This document shows positions 1-9,428 of a stretch of 53,067 nt of DNA, piece by piece (position 1 is the stretch's first letter; each line of letters opens with the position of its first letter). This DNA comes from Coriobacteriales bacterium (GTDB taxonomy: Bacteria > Actinomycetota > Coriobacteriia > Coriobacteriales > UBA8131). The notes under the pieces were generated by a model. The model searched no databases. It saw nothing but the letters and a program-made list of their open reading frames with translations, and had not been told where the DNA came from. The translations under genes were made by a program, and so were the position numbers. The stretch spans positions 1 to 53,067 of the forward strand of contig JAISEO010000088.1 in the NCBI GenBank assembly GCA_031264075.1, written 5' to 3'.

Positions 1-55
1 TTCCTCGACTGCGGGGCTTGCGCCCCTGCGCTCGGCAATGGTTCTATGAGTACGC

Positions 56-1303
56 TTATAGCGTAACAACTCTGGTGGCCAATTCATGCAGGATGTGCTC
101 GCGGAGCTTAGAGGCGACCTCTGCATACTCTGATATTTCGGAGGCAACATCTTTCATGACGGCATCAATATTTTCTACGATGCTTTCATACAAGGCGTGC
201 AGTTCATCGGCTATAACCTTGATATTTATGCCAGATTCCTCGGCAAACAGTCGGAAGTCCTCCTGGTCTATCCTGTCGATATGGCTGTGTCTGCCGATTC
301 GCATCGCCATCGAACGGAGTAGTCTTTCCCCATAAAACGTAGTGCAGACCAGGTCGTAAGCTGGAGCTACTGATATCTGTCCATTGTCATGTCTTCGCAA
401 GAGGGAGAAATTCTTGGCGTGGGCATCACAGTTGCCTATGAGGTAGTTGAACAGGGCTATTCTGAGCAGAGATCGCATGTTAGCCAACGGAGGTAACGCG
501 TTGTGTAATACTGTGGTAAAAAGTTCCGCGAGCCCCGGGCCGCCGTCGCCTTCGTATTTTGCCAGCGGGCTGATGGAGAGGGCTTGACAAAAATCCTCTT
601 GTCCCACGCGGATGATCTCGTCATTTTGCGCAACTCTATCAAAGCGCTCTATTACAAGCCCGTAGTTCTGTCCGGCTTGGATTACCCAGGTCTCAGGAAC
701 AGTCAGACCACAGCTCTTTGCCAAGCGCATCATGAAGAATTCGTTAACAAGCACTGTGTTGTCAAAAAGCGCGGACGGCTTGATGATATGTGTGGTCGGA
801 GCCAGCCCCTGGGTGGCAAACCACTCTCCACGATTGCGGTAAAGCCCGATCTTGGCCTGTGCGCCAGCCAGCGACAGTCTCCTGGCAGCCAGAAAGCGCA
901 GCCTTTCAATCGACTGTGGCCTGAGCAACGTTTCCAGTTCGCCTGATGTCACCTGCGTATATCCTGAGCCCTCCAGGACTTCGTTGATGTCCATGTTCTC
1001 GCTAACAAGTATGAGGTCGCCCACGCACTCGCCTGCCAGAGCAGCCAGTAACTTCATCACGCTGGTTGATGAGACGTGTAGTATCTCGCTGAGCTCTCGC
1101 CGTTGTTCACCTTCTGGCAACAGGCCGTCAAAGAAGGGCATCGCGATGTTTTGGGCGTAAGGTTCTTCCAGGATAGGCATGGAAACAGAGATCGGATAGC
1201 AGCCTGGCCCGCGATAGTTTCTGTCATAGGAAAAGGCAAGGCCGTTGGATGTAGTGGCAAGAACGCCTACGAGCTGTGTAGTGCGGTAAATAGACAGTTT
1301 CAT
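56..1303 (-). CDS. hipA: HipA-family Ser/Thr kinase toxin with N-terminal couple domain
   Basis: Motifs LSLAGAQAK, HIIKP, GNCDAHAKNFS and APAYD; N-terminal PISVSMP...FFDGLLPEG; start overlaps the hipB stop. Confidence 0.95.
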   Translation of the reverse strand: MKLSIYRTTQLVGVLATTSNGLAFSYDRNYRGPGCYPISVSMPILEEPYAQNIAMPFFDGLLPEGEQRRELSEILHVSSTSVMKLLAALAGECVGDLILVSENMDINEVLEGSGYTQVTSGELETLLRPQSIERLRFLAARRLSLAGAQAKIGLYRNRGEWFATQGLAPTTHIIKPSALFDNTVLVNEFFMMRLAKSCGLTVPETWVIQAGQNYGLVIERFDRVAQNDEIIRVGQEDFCQALSISPLAKYEGDGGPGLAELFTTVLHNALPPLANMRSLLRIALFNYLIGNCDAHAKNFSLLRRHDNGQISVAPAYDLVCTTFYGERLLRSMAMRIGRHSHIDRIDQEDFRLFAEESGINIKVIADELHALYESIVENIDAVMKDVASEISEYAEVASKLREHILHELATRVVTL

Positions 1304-1548
1304 CGTGCCTCCTCACTCGGTTGTTCATTGTTCTCGCACACATATACCTTCAGCCCTAACGAACTGGCTACCGCCAAGGCTTTGTCCAACTCTACTGTGG
1401 GCTTGCCGTTCTCCAGGTCTGAGAGGAACTCACGGCTAAAGGTCGAAAAAAAGTCGGCAAGCTGGCTTTGGGTCAATCCTTGCCCTTTGCGAGCAGAGCG
1501 AATGCTTGCACCAAGGTCTGCTGCGGTGTGTATTCTGGTTCCCATCAT
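1300..1548 (-). CDS. hipB: HipB-like XRE helix-turn-helix antitoxin
   Basis: 82 aa HTH (IRSARKGQGLTQSQLA...FLSDLENGK) directly upstream of and overlapping hipA. Confidence 0.9.
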   Translation of the reverse strand: MMGTRIHTAADLGASIRSARKGQGLTQSQLADFFSTFSREFLSDLENGKPTVELDKALAVASSLGLKVYVCENNEQPSEEAR

Positions 1549-1572
1549 CTCTCCGATTATTGGAAGGTGTAC

Positions 1573-1615
1573 GTACTGGCATATTTTAGCAGTGTTGCCT
1601 TAAATGCGCCAGTAC
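1573..1615 (-). promoter_or_regulatory. hipBA promoter/operator inverted repeat
   Basis: GTACTGGCATATTT (1573-1586) and AAATGCGCCAGTAC (1602-1615) are 12/14 complementary and overlap a minus-strand extended -10 TGcTAAAAT (1591-1583). Confidence 0.55.
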
Positions 1616-1798
1616 AGGCATGTACCCTCACCACGAAACTCTCAGCTTGCGAGCGCAGCGATGCTCCTTGAGGCAGCGTGGAAAAGCTGCTCCACCTTTT
1701 GCCCAGGGCAGGCCGCAAAACCAAGGCGAGGCGACACGAATCGCAGAATCGGTATCAGAGGAACCCGAGGTAGATGCCCTGTTTGTGGAGGAATACGA

Positions 1799-1828
1799 GT
1801 GTGCCAAAACCTATAGGTTTTGGCACAC
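1799..1828. repeat. Left recombination site of switch A (perfect 30-bp palindrome)
   Basis: GTGTGCCAAAACCTATAGGTTTTGGCACAC is its own reverse complement; the 20-bp core occurs four times in the window. Confidence 0.9.
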
Positions 1829-1973
1829 CGTTTTCAGGCCGTTTTTGAGTGGAAGTTGACGAGGCCGAAAATTGATGTAGATTTCTCAAAACACTCCATC
1901 TACAAGCTGTTATACTGTGAAATAGTCCTGCAGCGGACAGACAGGGGTCTTCCGTTTTTAAGGGTGATTTTAC
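1829..1973 (-). promoter_or_regulatory. Invertible promoter segment A (145 bp), pointing away from the CWB2 gene (putative OFF)
   Basis: Reverse complement of 9970-10113 with about 12 differences while the flanks are co-directional; -10-like TATAAC on the minus strand at 1914-1909. Confidence 0.85.
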
Positions 1974-2003
1974 GTGTACCAAAACCTATAGGTTTTGGGA
2001 CGC
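1974..2003. repeat. Right recombination site of switch A
   Basis: GTGTACCAAAACCTATAGGTTTTGGGACGC; same 20-bp palindromic core. Confidence 0.9.
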
Positions 2004-2047
2004 CATCTACCAGCAGTTTAAGCGCGATATTGGCAAAGGAGAGGCAC

Positions 2048-5000
2048 ATGAAAAGCAAGATAATGGGCAAGACAAGGAAGCTGCTATCCGTCCTATTGGT
2101 ATTGGCCCTTGTGGGCATGGTGCCGGCTGTTCCGGCGTTTGCCGAAGAGGGGGTTATCGCAGGCGATGAGTTCAGCTTTAATACTACAACCGGTACGCTG
2201 ACCATCACTGACGACGGTAATAATGGAGAAAACCCGTGGATAGCCGACTGGTATTCTGCATTACAAACTGCTCTTTCTGACGCAGAGCTCTCAACGTCTG
2301 ATATAACTACCGTAAATGTTGGTGCAAAGACAAGCTTTTTGCCGCCGCCTGACTACAGCTATGGGTATTTCTGGAACGGTTGGGATGGGCTTGAGGCTGT
2401 CAACGTTGATTCCGATAACGCGAACTTCTCTTCTGTAGAAGGTGTTCTTTTTGACAAGGCAAAGCAAACGCTGCTCTGCTATCCAAAGAAGCGCGAAGCA
2501 GCCGCATACAGCATCCCAGAGGGCGTCGTCGCAATGAATGCTGACGTTTTTGCAAGGTGTAACGAGCTGACGAGCATCTCTCTGCCCAGCACCCTGCTGA
2601 GGCTCTACAACGATTCCCAGTACTTACCTAGCTTTGAGCCGTTTTACAGCTGTACAAACCTTGAGACAATCTCCGTTGCGTCTGGCAACGCCGTATTCAT
2701 CGCAGAAGACGGTGTGCTGTATGACAAAGCAAAGTCCGCGCTCATTTCATTTCCGGCAAAGAACGCCCAAACATCCTATACGCTTCCTGCTACGGTCAGC
2801 ATAGTCAACCGCATAGCCTCAAAGAATCTCACTCGTGTTGTTATACCTGATGACACCGCAATGACTAGAATTCCTGGCCCTACTCTTGAATACTCCGAAC
2901 AAGATGCGAGGGCCTTCAAGTATTACGCTTCTGGGTTCACAGCAATGCCGCTGTTGGAGTCAATCACCATACCGGCTGCCATATCATCCATAGGGATCTT
3001 GGCATTTAGCAACTGTTCGAGTCTGGACGAACTGGTATTCAAAGGCGCTACGCCGCCTGCCATTTTGGGCCAGAATGAGATAGGTTCCGGTGCCGCGCTC
3101 TGGGATACATACACGAACCCCGACTACCCCGACCTTCCACTACAACCCAGTGCTTCAGGGACTCTCCGGTGCCCATTTGGTGCTATCGCTGCCTACACCC
3201 CGTTGAAGACGGACTTCAGTTTGACTCTTGGAGGTTGGAGTATCGTCGAGGAGCCAGCCACTGCCACGAAAGACATAAGCCGCTTCGTGCTTGCCGGTGT
3301 GGAAGGCACCATTAACGGCACGGACATCTCTCTGGTACTGCCCTCCGGCACCAACGTCACCAGCCTGGCACCGACCATCACCCATACCGGAGCCTCCATC
3401 AGCCTGGAGAGCGGAACAGCACAGAACTTCACAACCCCAGTGGTCTATACCGTGACTGCCGGGGACAGCTCCACCAAGATCTACACCGTCACGGTGACGG
3501 TTGCAACGATAAGCAATGTAGTGGTTACGCGTACGAGCGCGACAGAGTTTTCCGTCAGGTTCAACAGCAACCTCGCAGGCGACATTCAGATCTTCGGCTC
3601 TAACGGCGAGAGCCCCATCTATCCGATAATCAGGCGTCCTATCACTCCCGGCCAGAATACGTTCGGCCCGGGTCTTCCTGCTACAGACATCTATGGTGAC
3701 TGGGGACACCTTGGAGAGACTGCCGCAGCTGTCGAACTAACAGCCATGGTCTCTGAGATCCCTGTCTGGTCTGACACATTCGCCATCCCCGCTTGGAACG
3801 ATGGAAAGGCAAGTACCAAGGACATCACCTCCTTCAAGATAGGCACGGTCGTAGGCACGATAAGCGGCACAACCATCAGCGTCACTGTCCCCTATGCGAC
3901 AGATGTTACTTCGCTGACTCCGGCCATCACCCACAGCGGAGTTTCCATCACTCCCACAGGCTCACAGAACTTCACACGTCCCATCACCTACACGGTGAAA
4001 GCAGAAGACGGAACCACGAAGGCCTACACCGTGACGGTATCGAAAGAACCTCCCCCAGTAGACACAGAATGGCCCCGCCTCGACGGCAACAAGGGAGAGA
4101 AGGGAGGCCGCTACGACACCATGCAGGCCATTGTGAGCACAGGCTGGAAGGATGAAGGCTCTCCCTACGTCATAGTGGCAAGCGGCATGAACTTTCCTGA
4201 CGCCCTCGCAGCCTCAAGCCTTGCTGGCATCTACGGAGCACCGGTCGTACTCACCGAGAGCTCAACACTCACCTCTCAGGCAGAACAGACCATAAAGGAC
4301 CTCGGTGCGACGAAGGCTCTTGTCATAGGTGGAGAAGCCGCAGTCTCCAAAGAGATACTCGCGGCACTGGAAGACATCGTAGGCCCAGGGAACGTAAGCC
4401 GAATCTCAGGAGGTACCCGTATAAGCACAGCCCTCGACATCTATGAGAAGGGAAGGACACCTGACGCTAACCAAGCCTCCTGGGGAGACATCGCCATCAT
4501 AGCCAACGGCTTCAGCTTTGCAGATGCCCTCTCCGTCTCTCCCTTTGCCAACGTCACTCGCTCCCCCATATTCCTCTCTACTCCAGAAAGCATGTCGGGA
4601 AGCGGCCTTGACGAGGCAACACTTGCTGCCATCAACACCGGAGGCTTCAAGAGGATAATCATCACCGGAGGCACCGCTGCCGTACCAGGCATCGTAGAGG
4701 ATCAACTCGCCTCATCAGGAGCTACAGTAGAACGCTGGTCAGGAGCCAACCGCTATGAGACGAGCGCAGCGATTGTAGAGAATTCACTTGAGAACTCAGG
4801 AGGTGCGCTCTCTCTCAATAACATAGTCTGTGCCACCGGCTTCAACTACCCCGATGCCCTCGCAGGAGGAGCCTTCGCAGGTCACATAGGCACCGTGCTC
4901 CTGCTCGTACACGCAGAAGCAGAGGGTGGACGTACGGGACTGAGTATTATCGAGGCGCATAAGGACGAGATAGGGAAGGGCTATATCTTAGGTGGCAGTG

Positions 5001-5050
5001 CCGCTGTGCCAGATGAGCTACTGACACTCTTGCAGGGTGGAGCGAGGTAG
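2048..5050 (+). CDS. CWB2 surface protein A: signal peptide, BspA-type LRR region, two Ig-like (DUF5018-like) repeats, three C-terminal CWB2 repeats
   Basis: RBS AAAGGAGAGG before ATG 2048; signal peptide ending PAFA; YSIPEGV..LTSISLPSTL LRR_5-like repeats; repeated KDIxxF...APTITHTG...TYTVTAxD; CWB2 motifs NFPDALAAS, FADAL, NYPDALAG, GANRYETS. Confidence 0.9.
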   Translation: MKSKIMGKTRKLLSVLLVLALVGMVPAVPAFAEEGVIAGDEFSFNTTTGTLTITDDGNNGENPWIADWYSALQTALSDAELSTSDITTVNVGAKTSFLPPPDYSYGYFWNGWDGLEAVNVDSDNANFSSVEGVLFDKAKQTLLCYPKKREAAAYSIPEGVVAMNADVFARCNELTSISLPSTLLRLYNDSQYLPSFEPFYSCTNLETISVASGNAVFIAEDGVLYDKAKSALISFPAKNAQTSYTLPATVSIVNRIASKNLTRVVIPDDTAMTRIPGPTLEYSEQDARAFKYYASGFTAMPLLESITIPAAISSIGILAFSNCSSLDELVFKGATPPAILGQNEIGSGAALWDTYTNPDYPDLPLQPSASGTLRCPFGAIAAYTPLKTDFSLTLGGWSIVEEPATATKDISRFVLAGVEGTINGTDISLVLPSGTNVTSLAPTITHTGASISLESGTAQNFTTPVVYTVTAGDSSTKIYTVTVTVATISNVVVTRTSATEFSVRFNSNLAGDIQIFGSNGESPIYPIIRRPITPGQNTFGPGLPATDIYGDWGHLGETAAAVELTAMVSEIPVWSDTFAIPAWNDGKASTKDITSFKIGTVVGTISGTTISVTVPYATDVTSLTPAITHSGVSITPTGSQNFTRPITYTVKAEDGTTKAYTVTVSKEPPPVDTEWPRLDGNKGEKGGRYDTMQAIVSTGWKDEGSPYVIVASGMNFPDALAASSLAGIYGAPVVLTESSTLTSQAEQTIKDLGATKALVIGGEAAVSKEILAALEDIVGPGNVSRISGGTRISTALDIYEKGRTPDANQASWGDIAIIANGFSFADALSVSPFANVTRSPIFLSTPESMSGSGLDEATLAAINTGGFKRIIITGGTAAVPGIVEDQLASSGATVERWSGANRYETSAAIVENSLENSGGALSLNNIVCATGFNYPDALAGGAFAGHIGTVLLLVHAEAEGGRTGLSIIEAHKDEIGKGYILGGSAAVPDELLTLLQGGAR

Positions 5051-5070
5051 GGGGCGATGGCAATCGCCCC
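5051..5070 (+). terminator. GC-rich hairpin right after the stop codon (no U-tract)
   Basis: GGGGCGAT-ggca-ATCGCCCC. Confidence 0.4.
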
Positions 5071-5102
5071 GGACAGCGAAGGAGACAGTACAAGTGTCCC
5101 AA

Positions 5103-5198
5103 TGGATTGCCGCGTCGCTTCGCTCCTCGCAATGACAAAGAGGAGAGATAGTCTCTTTTTGTCATTGCGAGGAGCGCGTAGCGCGACGCGGCAATCCA
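5103..5198. repeat. REP-like ~96-bp palindromic element (two inverted units)
   Basis: TGGATTGCCGCGTCGC..GCTCCTCGCAATGACAAA ... TTTGTCATTGCGAGGAGC..GCGACGCGGCAATCCA. Confidence 0.8.
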
Positions 5199-5309
5199 CA
5201 ACAGCAGAGAGGGAGGACAAGAACCAAAGGGCAAGAGGATACGTAAGGCAAGACAGGCAAGAAAGCTAAACAGAGACAAGCACATCGAGTCACGAAAGAG
5301 TAAGGAAAG

Positions 5310-7361
5310 GTGATAGGTATGACAAGAGTTTCAAGTAGGGCACTCCGGATGTTTTGCGCTTTGGCATTGGCCTTAGGTATAGCCGTGCCCTCGACGGTGG
5401 CATTTGCCTCCCCGGAACAGGAAGCGGAAGCAGTGGTGACAGCTGTGCAGGATGGTTCTGTAGGGATAACCTCTACAACAGGCACTGCGACAGCGGGCGC
5501 AGGCTCGTCAGTAGGCTTTGGGCAGAGTGTGGCATCCACCAGTGGGCAGGTAGGACCAGCTGCCACAGACGCATCCAGCACAGAAGGGGACGTTGTGCCT
5601 TTGGCCGGGGTCTCCGACTGGCAGTCAACGGCAGCTACCCAAACACTGGATGTTGCCTTTGACGCGGAACACTACCCAGGAGCTGTCTACAGCATCAAGG
5701 GTATAGAGTATACCGACGGTGTCATGACAATCAACTATGCGTTCTCCTCCGAAGGTGCCACCGAACATCCGAATGTGGCGATGTGGGATAGTATATTCCT
5801 AGAGAGCAACGATAATGTCAACTATGGCTACGGCCTTAACACCTATTATTTCATATGGAGCTATAACTCGAGTATCTATGGCCATTTTGGTGGAAGCTCC
5901 AGTTTTGAGGGTAGTATTGAGCTAAATGCTGCCCAAGTCGTTTCTCCTTCTGGCCTGTCCGGGGAGCTTGCAGCCTATCTCAGTGGTAGAGCAAGCGATT
6001 TAAGCAAGTGGACAGCCGAAGATGTCGCAGGGCTATTATCTTGGCGTTTCGCAGAGTATGCCAAGTTTGCGTTCCTTGACGTTCAGCGCACAGGCGCAGA
6101 CCGGGTGGCTGTCAGGGTACTCAGTAATCGGGACATTGTTGCTGAAGAGGGTGTTGAGTGGTCGGGTGCTTCTATGGAACTGTGTCTGAACAATGAACTC
6201 TTTGACTTCAATAACATCAGCTTGACAGCCGGCCCCCACAACGTCTTCGTGCTCAAGGCCTCAGAAGATACGCTAAGCGAATATAAACCGTCGGTGGATT
6301 ATGACTACGTCTTTGTCGGTATCATGCCGCTTCCCGGTACCTCTATACCCGTCCCCCCCTGGACAACCCCCACAGAAGAGCCCTGGCAACGCCTCGACGG
6401 CAACAAGGGAGACAGCGGCACCCGCTATGACACCATGCAGTCGATAGTAGAGACAGGCTGGGGAGCAGACGGCTCGGACTATGTCGTCGTGGCCTCGGGA
6501 GAAAACTTCCCTGACGCCCTTGCCGCCTCAAGCCTCGCCGGCATCTACGGGGCTCCCGTGGTGCTCACGACCAAGGGTACGCTCACTACCCAGGCAGAAG
6601 ACACCATAAAGGCACTCGGGGCCACCAAGGCCTATGTCATAGGCGGTACAGAAGCGGTTGCTTTGGAAGTAGAGCAGAGCCTCTCTGGCATAGAAGGCAT
6701 GGAGGAAGTCAAGCGTATCGAGGGCATAGACCGCTTCGCCACAGCACTCGACATCTACCGAGAAGGCAAGGAGACCGACTCCTGGGGCACCACTGCCATC
6801 ATAGCCAACGGCTTCAACTTCGCAGACGCGCTCTCCATCTCACCCTTTGCCAATGTGACAGGCTCCCCCATATTCCTCGCAAGCCTTGAGAAAGGTCTGG
6901 ACGCAGACACCCTCAAGGCCATCAATGAGGGCGGCTTCAAGAGGATAGTCATCACAGGAGGCGACAAGGCCGTCTCTCCTGCAGTGGAAGACCAGCTTGC
7001 CGAGTCAGGGGCCACGGTCCTGCGCGTCTTTGGCGAGAACCGCTACGAGACCAGTGCGGCGATAATCGAGTTCTCACAGGACAACTCGGCCTTAAGGCTT
7101 GACCGGATAATCTGTGCCACGGGCGCGAACTTCCCCGACGCACTTGCAGGAGGCGCCTTCGCAGGTCACATCGGTTCTGCGCTCCTCCTCGTGCACAGCA
7201 CGGCAGAGGGAGGACAGGCAGGGCTCGAGAGCATCATCAAGGCACACCCCGACGAGATAGGACTCGGCTACGTGCTCGGTGGCGCTGCCGCAGTGCCAGA
7301 AGAGCTCCGCCAGATTCTTGAGGCGGGCTCCAGGATCCCCGCCCCCACGGGCAGGGGTTAA
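5310..7361 (+). CDS. CWB2 surface protein B: signal peptide, S/T/A-rich linker, unknown passenger domain, three CWB2 repeats
   Basis: Signal peptide ending VAFA; C-terminal ~320 aa homologous to those of genes 2048 and 10188; alternative start ATG 5319. Confidence 0.9.
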   Translation: MIGMTRVSSRALRMFCALALALGIAVPSTVAFASPEQEAEAVVTAVQDGSVGITSTTGTATAGAGSSVGFGQSVASTSGQVGPAATDASSTEGDVVPLAGVSDWQSTAATQTLDVAFDAEHYPGAVYSIKGIEYTDGVMTINYAFSSEGATEHPNVAMWDSIFLESNDNVNYGYGLNTYYFIWSYNSSIYGHFGGSSSFEGSIELNAAQVVSPSGLSGELAAYLSGRASDLSKWTAEDVAGLLSWRFAEYAKFAFLDVQRTGADRVAVRVLSNRDIVAEEGVEWSGASMELCLNNELFDFNNISLTAGPHNVFVLKASEDTLSEYKPSVDYDYVFVGIMPLPGTSIPVPPWTTPTEEPWQRLDGNKGDSGTRYDTMQSIVETGWGADGSDYVVVASGENFPDALAASSLAGIYGAPVVLTTKGTLTTQAEDTIKALGATKAYVIGGTEAVALEVEQSLSGIEGMEEVKRIEGIDRFATALDIYREGKETDSWGTTAIIANGFNFADALSISPFANVTGSPIFLASLEKGLDADTLKAINEGGFKRIVITGGDKAVSPAVEDQLAESGATVLRVFGENRYETSAAIIEFSQDNSALRLDRIICATGANFPDALAGGAFAGHIGSALLLVHSTAEGGQAGLESIIKAHPDEIGLGYVLGGAAAVPEELRQILEAGSRIPAPTGRG

Positions 7362-7383
7362 GAGAAAGGCAGGCCAGACCCAA

Positions 7384-7416
7384 GGCAGCAGGGCGCGCGC
7401 GACGCGTCCTGCTGCC
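7384..7416. terminator. Hairpin between convergent genes
   Basis: GGCAGCAGGGCGCG...CGCGTCCTGCTGCC. Confidence 0.55.
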
Positions 7417-7523
7417 GGTAAGTAACGTAAGTCGCTTCCTCTATAGCCCTAAGAACTAGTGTGGGGTGGTTGTATGTATGAGGCTACCTGCTCGGTGATG
7501 AGGTGGCTCTGCCGACGGTTTCG

Positions 7524-7709
7524 TCACCTTATCGACATCGACTCCCATTCGGCACCGGTTATGCGCCGCCCTATCCTCTTTTCGATGGCAGGGACGTATT
7601 TGAGTCCTGTCAGGCTCTTCATCTCGTCAGACTTGAGTGGTCGCAGTCCGTAGTCCCCCGTACGGATAATATACTCCTCGGCCTTCTCTATCACCTCACT
7701 CTGCCTCAT
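7524..7709 (-). CDS. Small hypothetical protein (61 aa) overlapping the GNAT gene end
   Basis: Start overlaps the GNAT 3' end and is preceded by GAAAGG; no recognisable family. Confidence 0.5.
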   Translation of the reverse strand: MRQSEVIEKAEEYIIRTGDYGLRPLKSDEMKSLTGLKYVPAIEKRIGRRITGAEWESMSIR

Positions 7710-8112
7710 CGTTCAGATACCTTTCTATCAATGCCCTGCTGGCCTCGGTGTCAAAGTGCAGTCGTCTCCCAGGCAGAGGTTTTGCCCCATACTTCTCAAT
7801 GTAATACTCGTAGAGGAGCGTCTTGGGCTCCAAGACCACAAAGCCCTCGAAACCTTGGTCAAAGGAGTCCCGCGCCACATACGCCAACAGTTTGCCTGCG
7901 ACTTCGGTACCCCGGTACTCGGACTTGACCTCAATCAGATGAAGAAAGTCAAGCAGGCTACTCGGGATCCTCTCAAACTCAATCAGTCCGGCAATCTGGC
8001 CATCCTCGACACGTGCAACCGTCTGTGTCTGGTCGTTGGAGCGAGCCGTCCAGTCGAACTCAAAACCGACTGTACCCCGCAGTGTGGATATGTCCTCAAT
8101 CATTTTGAACAT
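7696..8112 (-). CDS. GNAT-family N-acetyltransferase, probably leaderless
   Basis: Motif A EVKSEYRGTEVAGKLL and motif B LYEYYIEKYG; extended -10 TGcTAGAAT ends 6 nt before the ATG. Confidence 0.75.
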   Translation of the reverse strand: MFKMIEDISTLRGTVGFEFDWTARSNDQTQTVARVEDGQIAGLIEFERIPSSLLDFLHLIEVKSEYRGTEVAGKLLAYVARDSFDQGFEGFVVLEPKTLLYEYYIEKYGAKPLPGRRLHFDTEASRALIERYLNDEAE

Positions 8113-8251
8113 GCTGGTATTCTAGCACAGGACAGAGGCCATGGCCCGTCCCGTCATGGATGCGTCAACACCGTATCCTTTGATACCACGATATTTCATC
8201 TGATAACGTTATGGTTAAACTAAGGACCGCCGAAGAAAAAACCAAAAGTTT

Positions 8252-9301
8252 CTAGCCTGCAATATACCTCGCGTCGTGTGTTGCGCCATCTTGTTGAATA
8301 TAGCCAGCATCTACCAAACGTTTGAGCCTCCGCTGTATCGTACGGCGTGACACATCCCTGAAAATGCCCTCGGCCTCGGATATGGAGATGGAGCCGAATT
8401 GCCGGACATAGCTCAAAATGTCAAGTTCTTCACGAGAGACCCTCTGGTCAATCGAGGCAGTGCGCACCGCACTCGCAAGCAGGGAAACCTCTGCGGCGAG
8501 GACATTTGCCGACACAAGGAACCCATCAGCAAAGTAGTCTATCCAAGGATCAAGGTTGGCTTCCCGCGCGGTCTCATAGTTATTGCCCTGTACGGTGTGC
8601 AGTGCCTCGTAGTAGGCCTTCTTATCCATGGCGTAATAGGAGTCAAGGACGAGAGCATTGCGAAAATCATAGCTGCGTAGACTGAGATACAGCATCGTGA
8701 GCGCCCGGGTAGTCCTCCCATTCCCATCAGCAAAGGGATGTATGGAGACAAACTGGACATGAAAAATGGCTGCTGCGATGACGGGGTGAATCTCGTAGGA
8801 ACTAGTGTTCAGCCAAGCTAAGAGCTCCTCGACTTCCCCTTCGACATCCTCGGTGTCTGCCGCATCATAGACTGTACGCCCATCCTGGTCCTCAATGTAG
8901 ACGGGGTTCTTGCGCCAGTGGCCAGTTCTGCTCTCATCCAGGAGTCCTGCAGTCATGATACGGTGGACTGTCAAGATGTCTTCGGCGGTCATTCTCTCCA
9001 TGGATGTTGCACGCTTCTCTATATGATCTATAGCTTTTTTGTAGTTGCGCACTTCGATCTCGGCGTACCTATGACGGGTGAGTGAGGGCTTCTCGGAGAG
9101 GGCCAACTCGACTTGCTTCCTGTTGAGTGGGTTGCCTTCGATAGACGTGGAGCTATGCGTCGCCTCAACAGTGGCTCTGTAGCGCATCTCAACCTCCCGC
9201 TCCGGCAAGATGTAGCTCAGACTGATTGCAGAGCGCACGCTTTCTATCTGCGCTATGATATTGAGCAGGTCATTTGAAATATGGTAATTCGGTCTGTACA
9301 T
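8252..9301 (-). CDS. Fic-family protein with C-terminal winged HTH
   Basis: Canonical HPFADGNGRTTR; inhibitory-helix motif STSIEGN; C-terminal SRRTIQRRLKRLVDAGYI. Confidence 0.92.
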   Translation of the reverse strand: MYRPNYHISNDLLNIIAQIESVRSAISLSYILPEREVEMRYRATVEATHSSTSIEGNPLNRKQVELALSEKPSLTRHRYAEIEVRNYKKAIDHIEKRATSMERMTAEDILTVHRIMTAGLLDESRTGHWRKNPVYIEDQDGRTVYDAADTEDVEGEVEELLAWLNTSSYEIHPVIAAAIFHVQFVSIHPFADGNGRTTRALTMLYLSLRSYDFRNALVLDSYYAMDKKAYYEALHTVQGNNYETAREANLDPWIDYFADGFLVSANVLAAEVSLLASAVRTASIDQRVSREELDILSYVRQFGSISISEAEGIFRDVSRRTIQRRLKRLVDAGYIQQDGATHDARYIAG

Positions 9302-9329
9302 GCTCCCATTATATCAGACGGCCAATCGC

Positions 9330-9361
9330 TTTGCGCCACATTTGCGCCACTCTTTGCGCCA
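9330..9361. promoter_or_regulatory. Three direct repeats TTTGCGCCA(C) in the Fic promoter
   Basis: Copies at 9330, 9341 and 9353; minus-strand TATAAT at 9313-9308 lies 6 nt before the ATG. Confidence 0.6.
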
Positions 9362-9428
9362 GCTCGTGAAACTACACGATAAGAGCACTGCTTAAACCAT
9401 CAGAAATGATGATTGACTCCGCTTTGCT

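Noticed and set aside
1-45. GC-rich hairpin at the window edge as another palindromic element
   Set aside because: Truncated by the window and cannot be characterised.
1799-2003. Palindromic 30-bp repeats as a CRISPR array
   Set aside because: Only two repeats per locus, a 145-bp spacer shared in inverted form between loci, and no cas genes; fits recombination sites.
1820-2047. N-terminal extensions of the listed 1076-aa ORF (and of the 822-aa ORF at 10044-10187)
   Set aside because: They run through the invertible segment; the RBS and signal peptide place the starts at 2048 and 10188.
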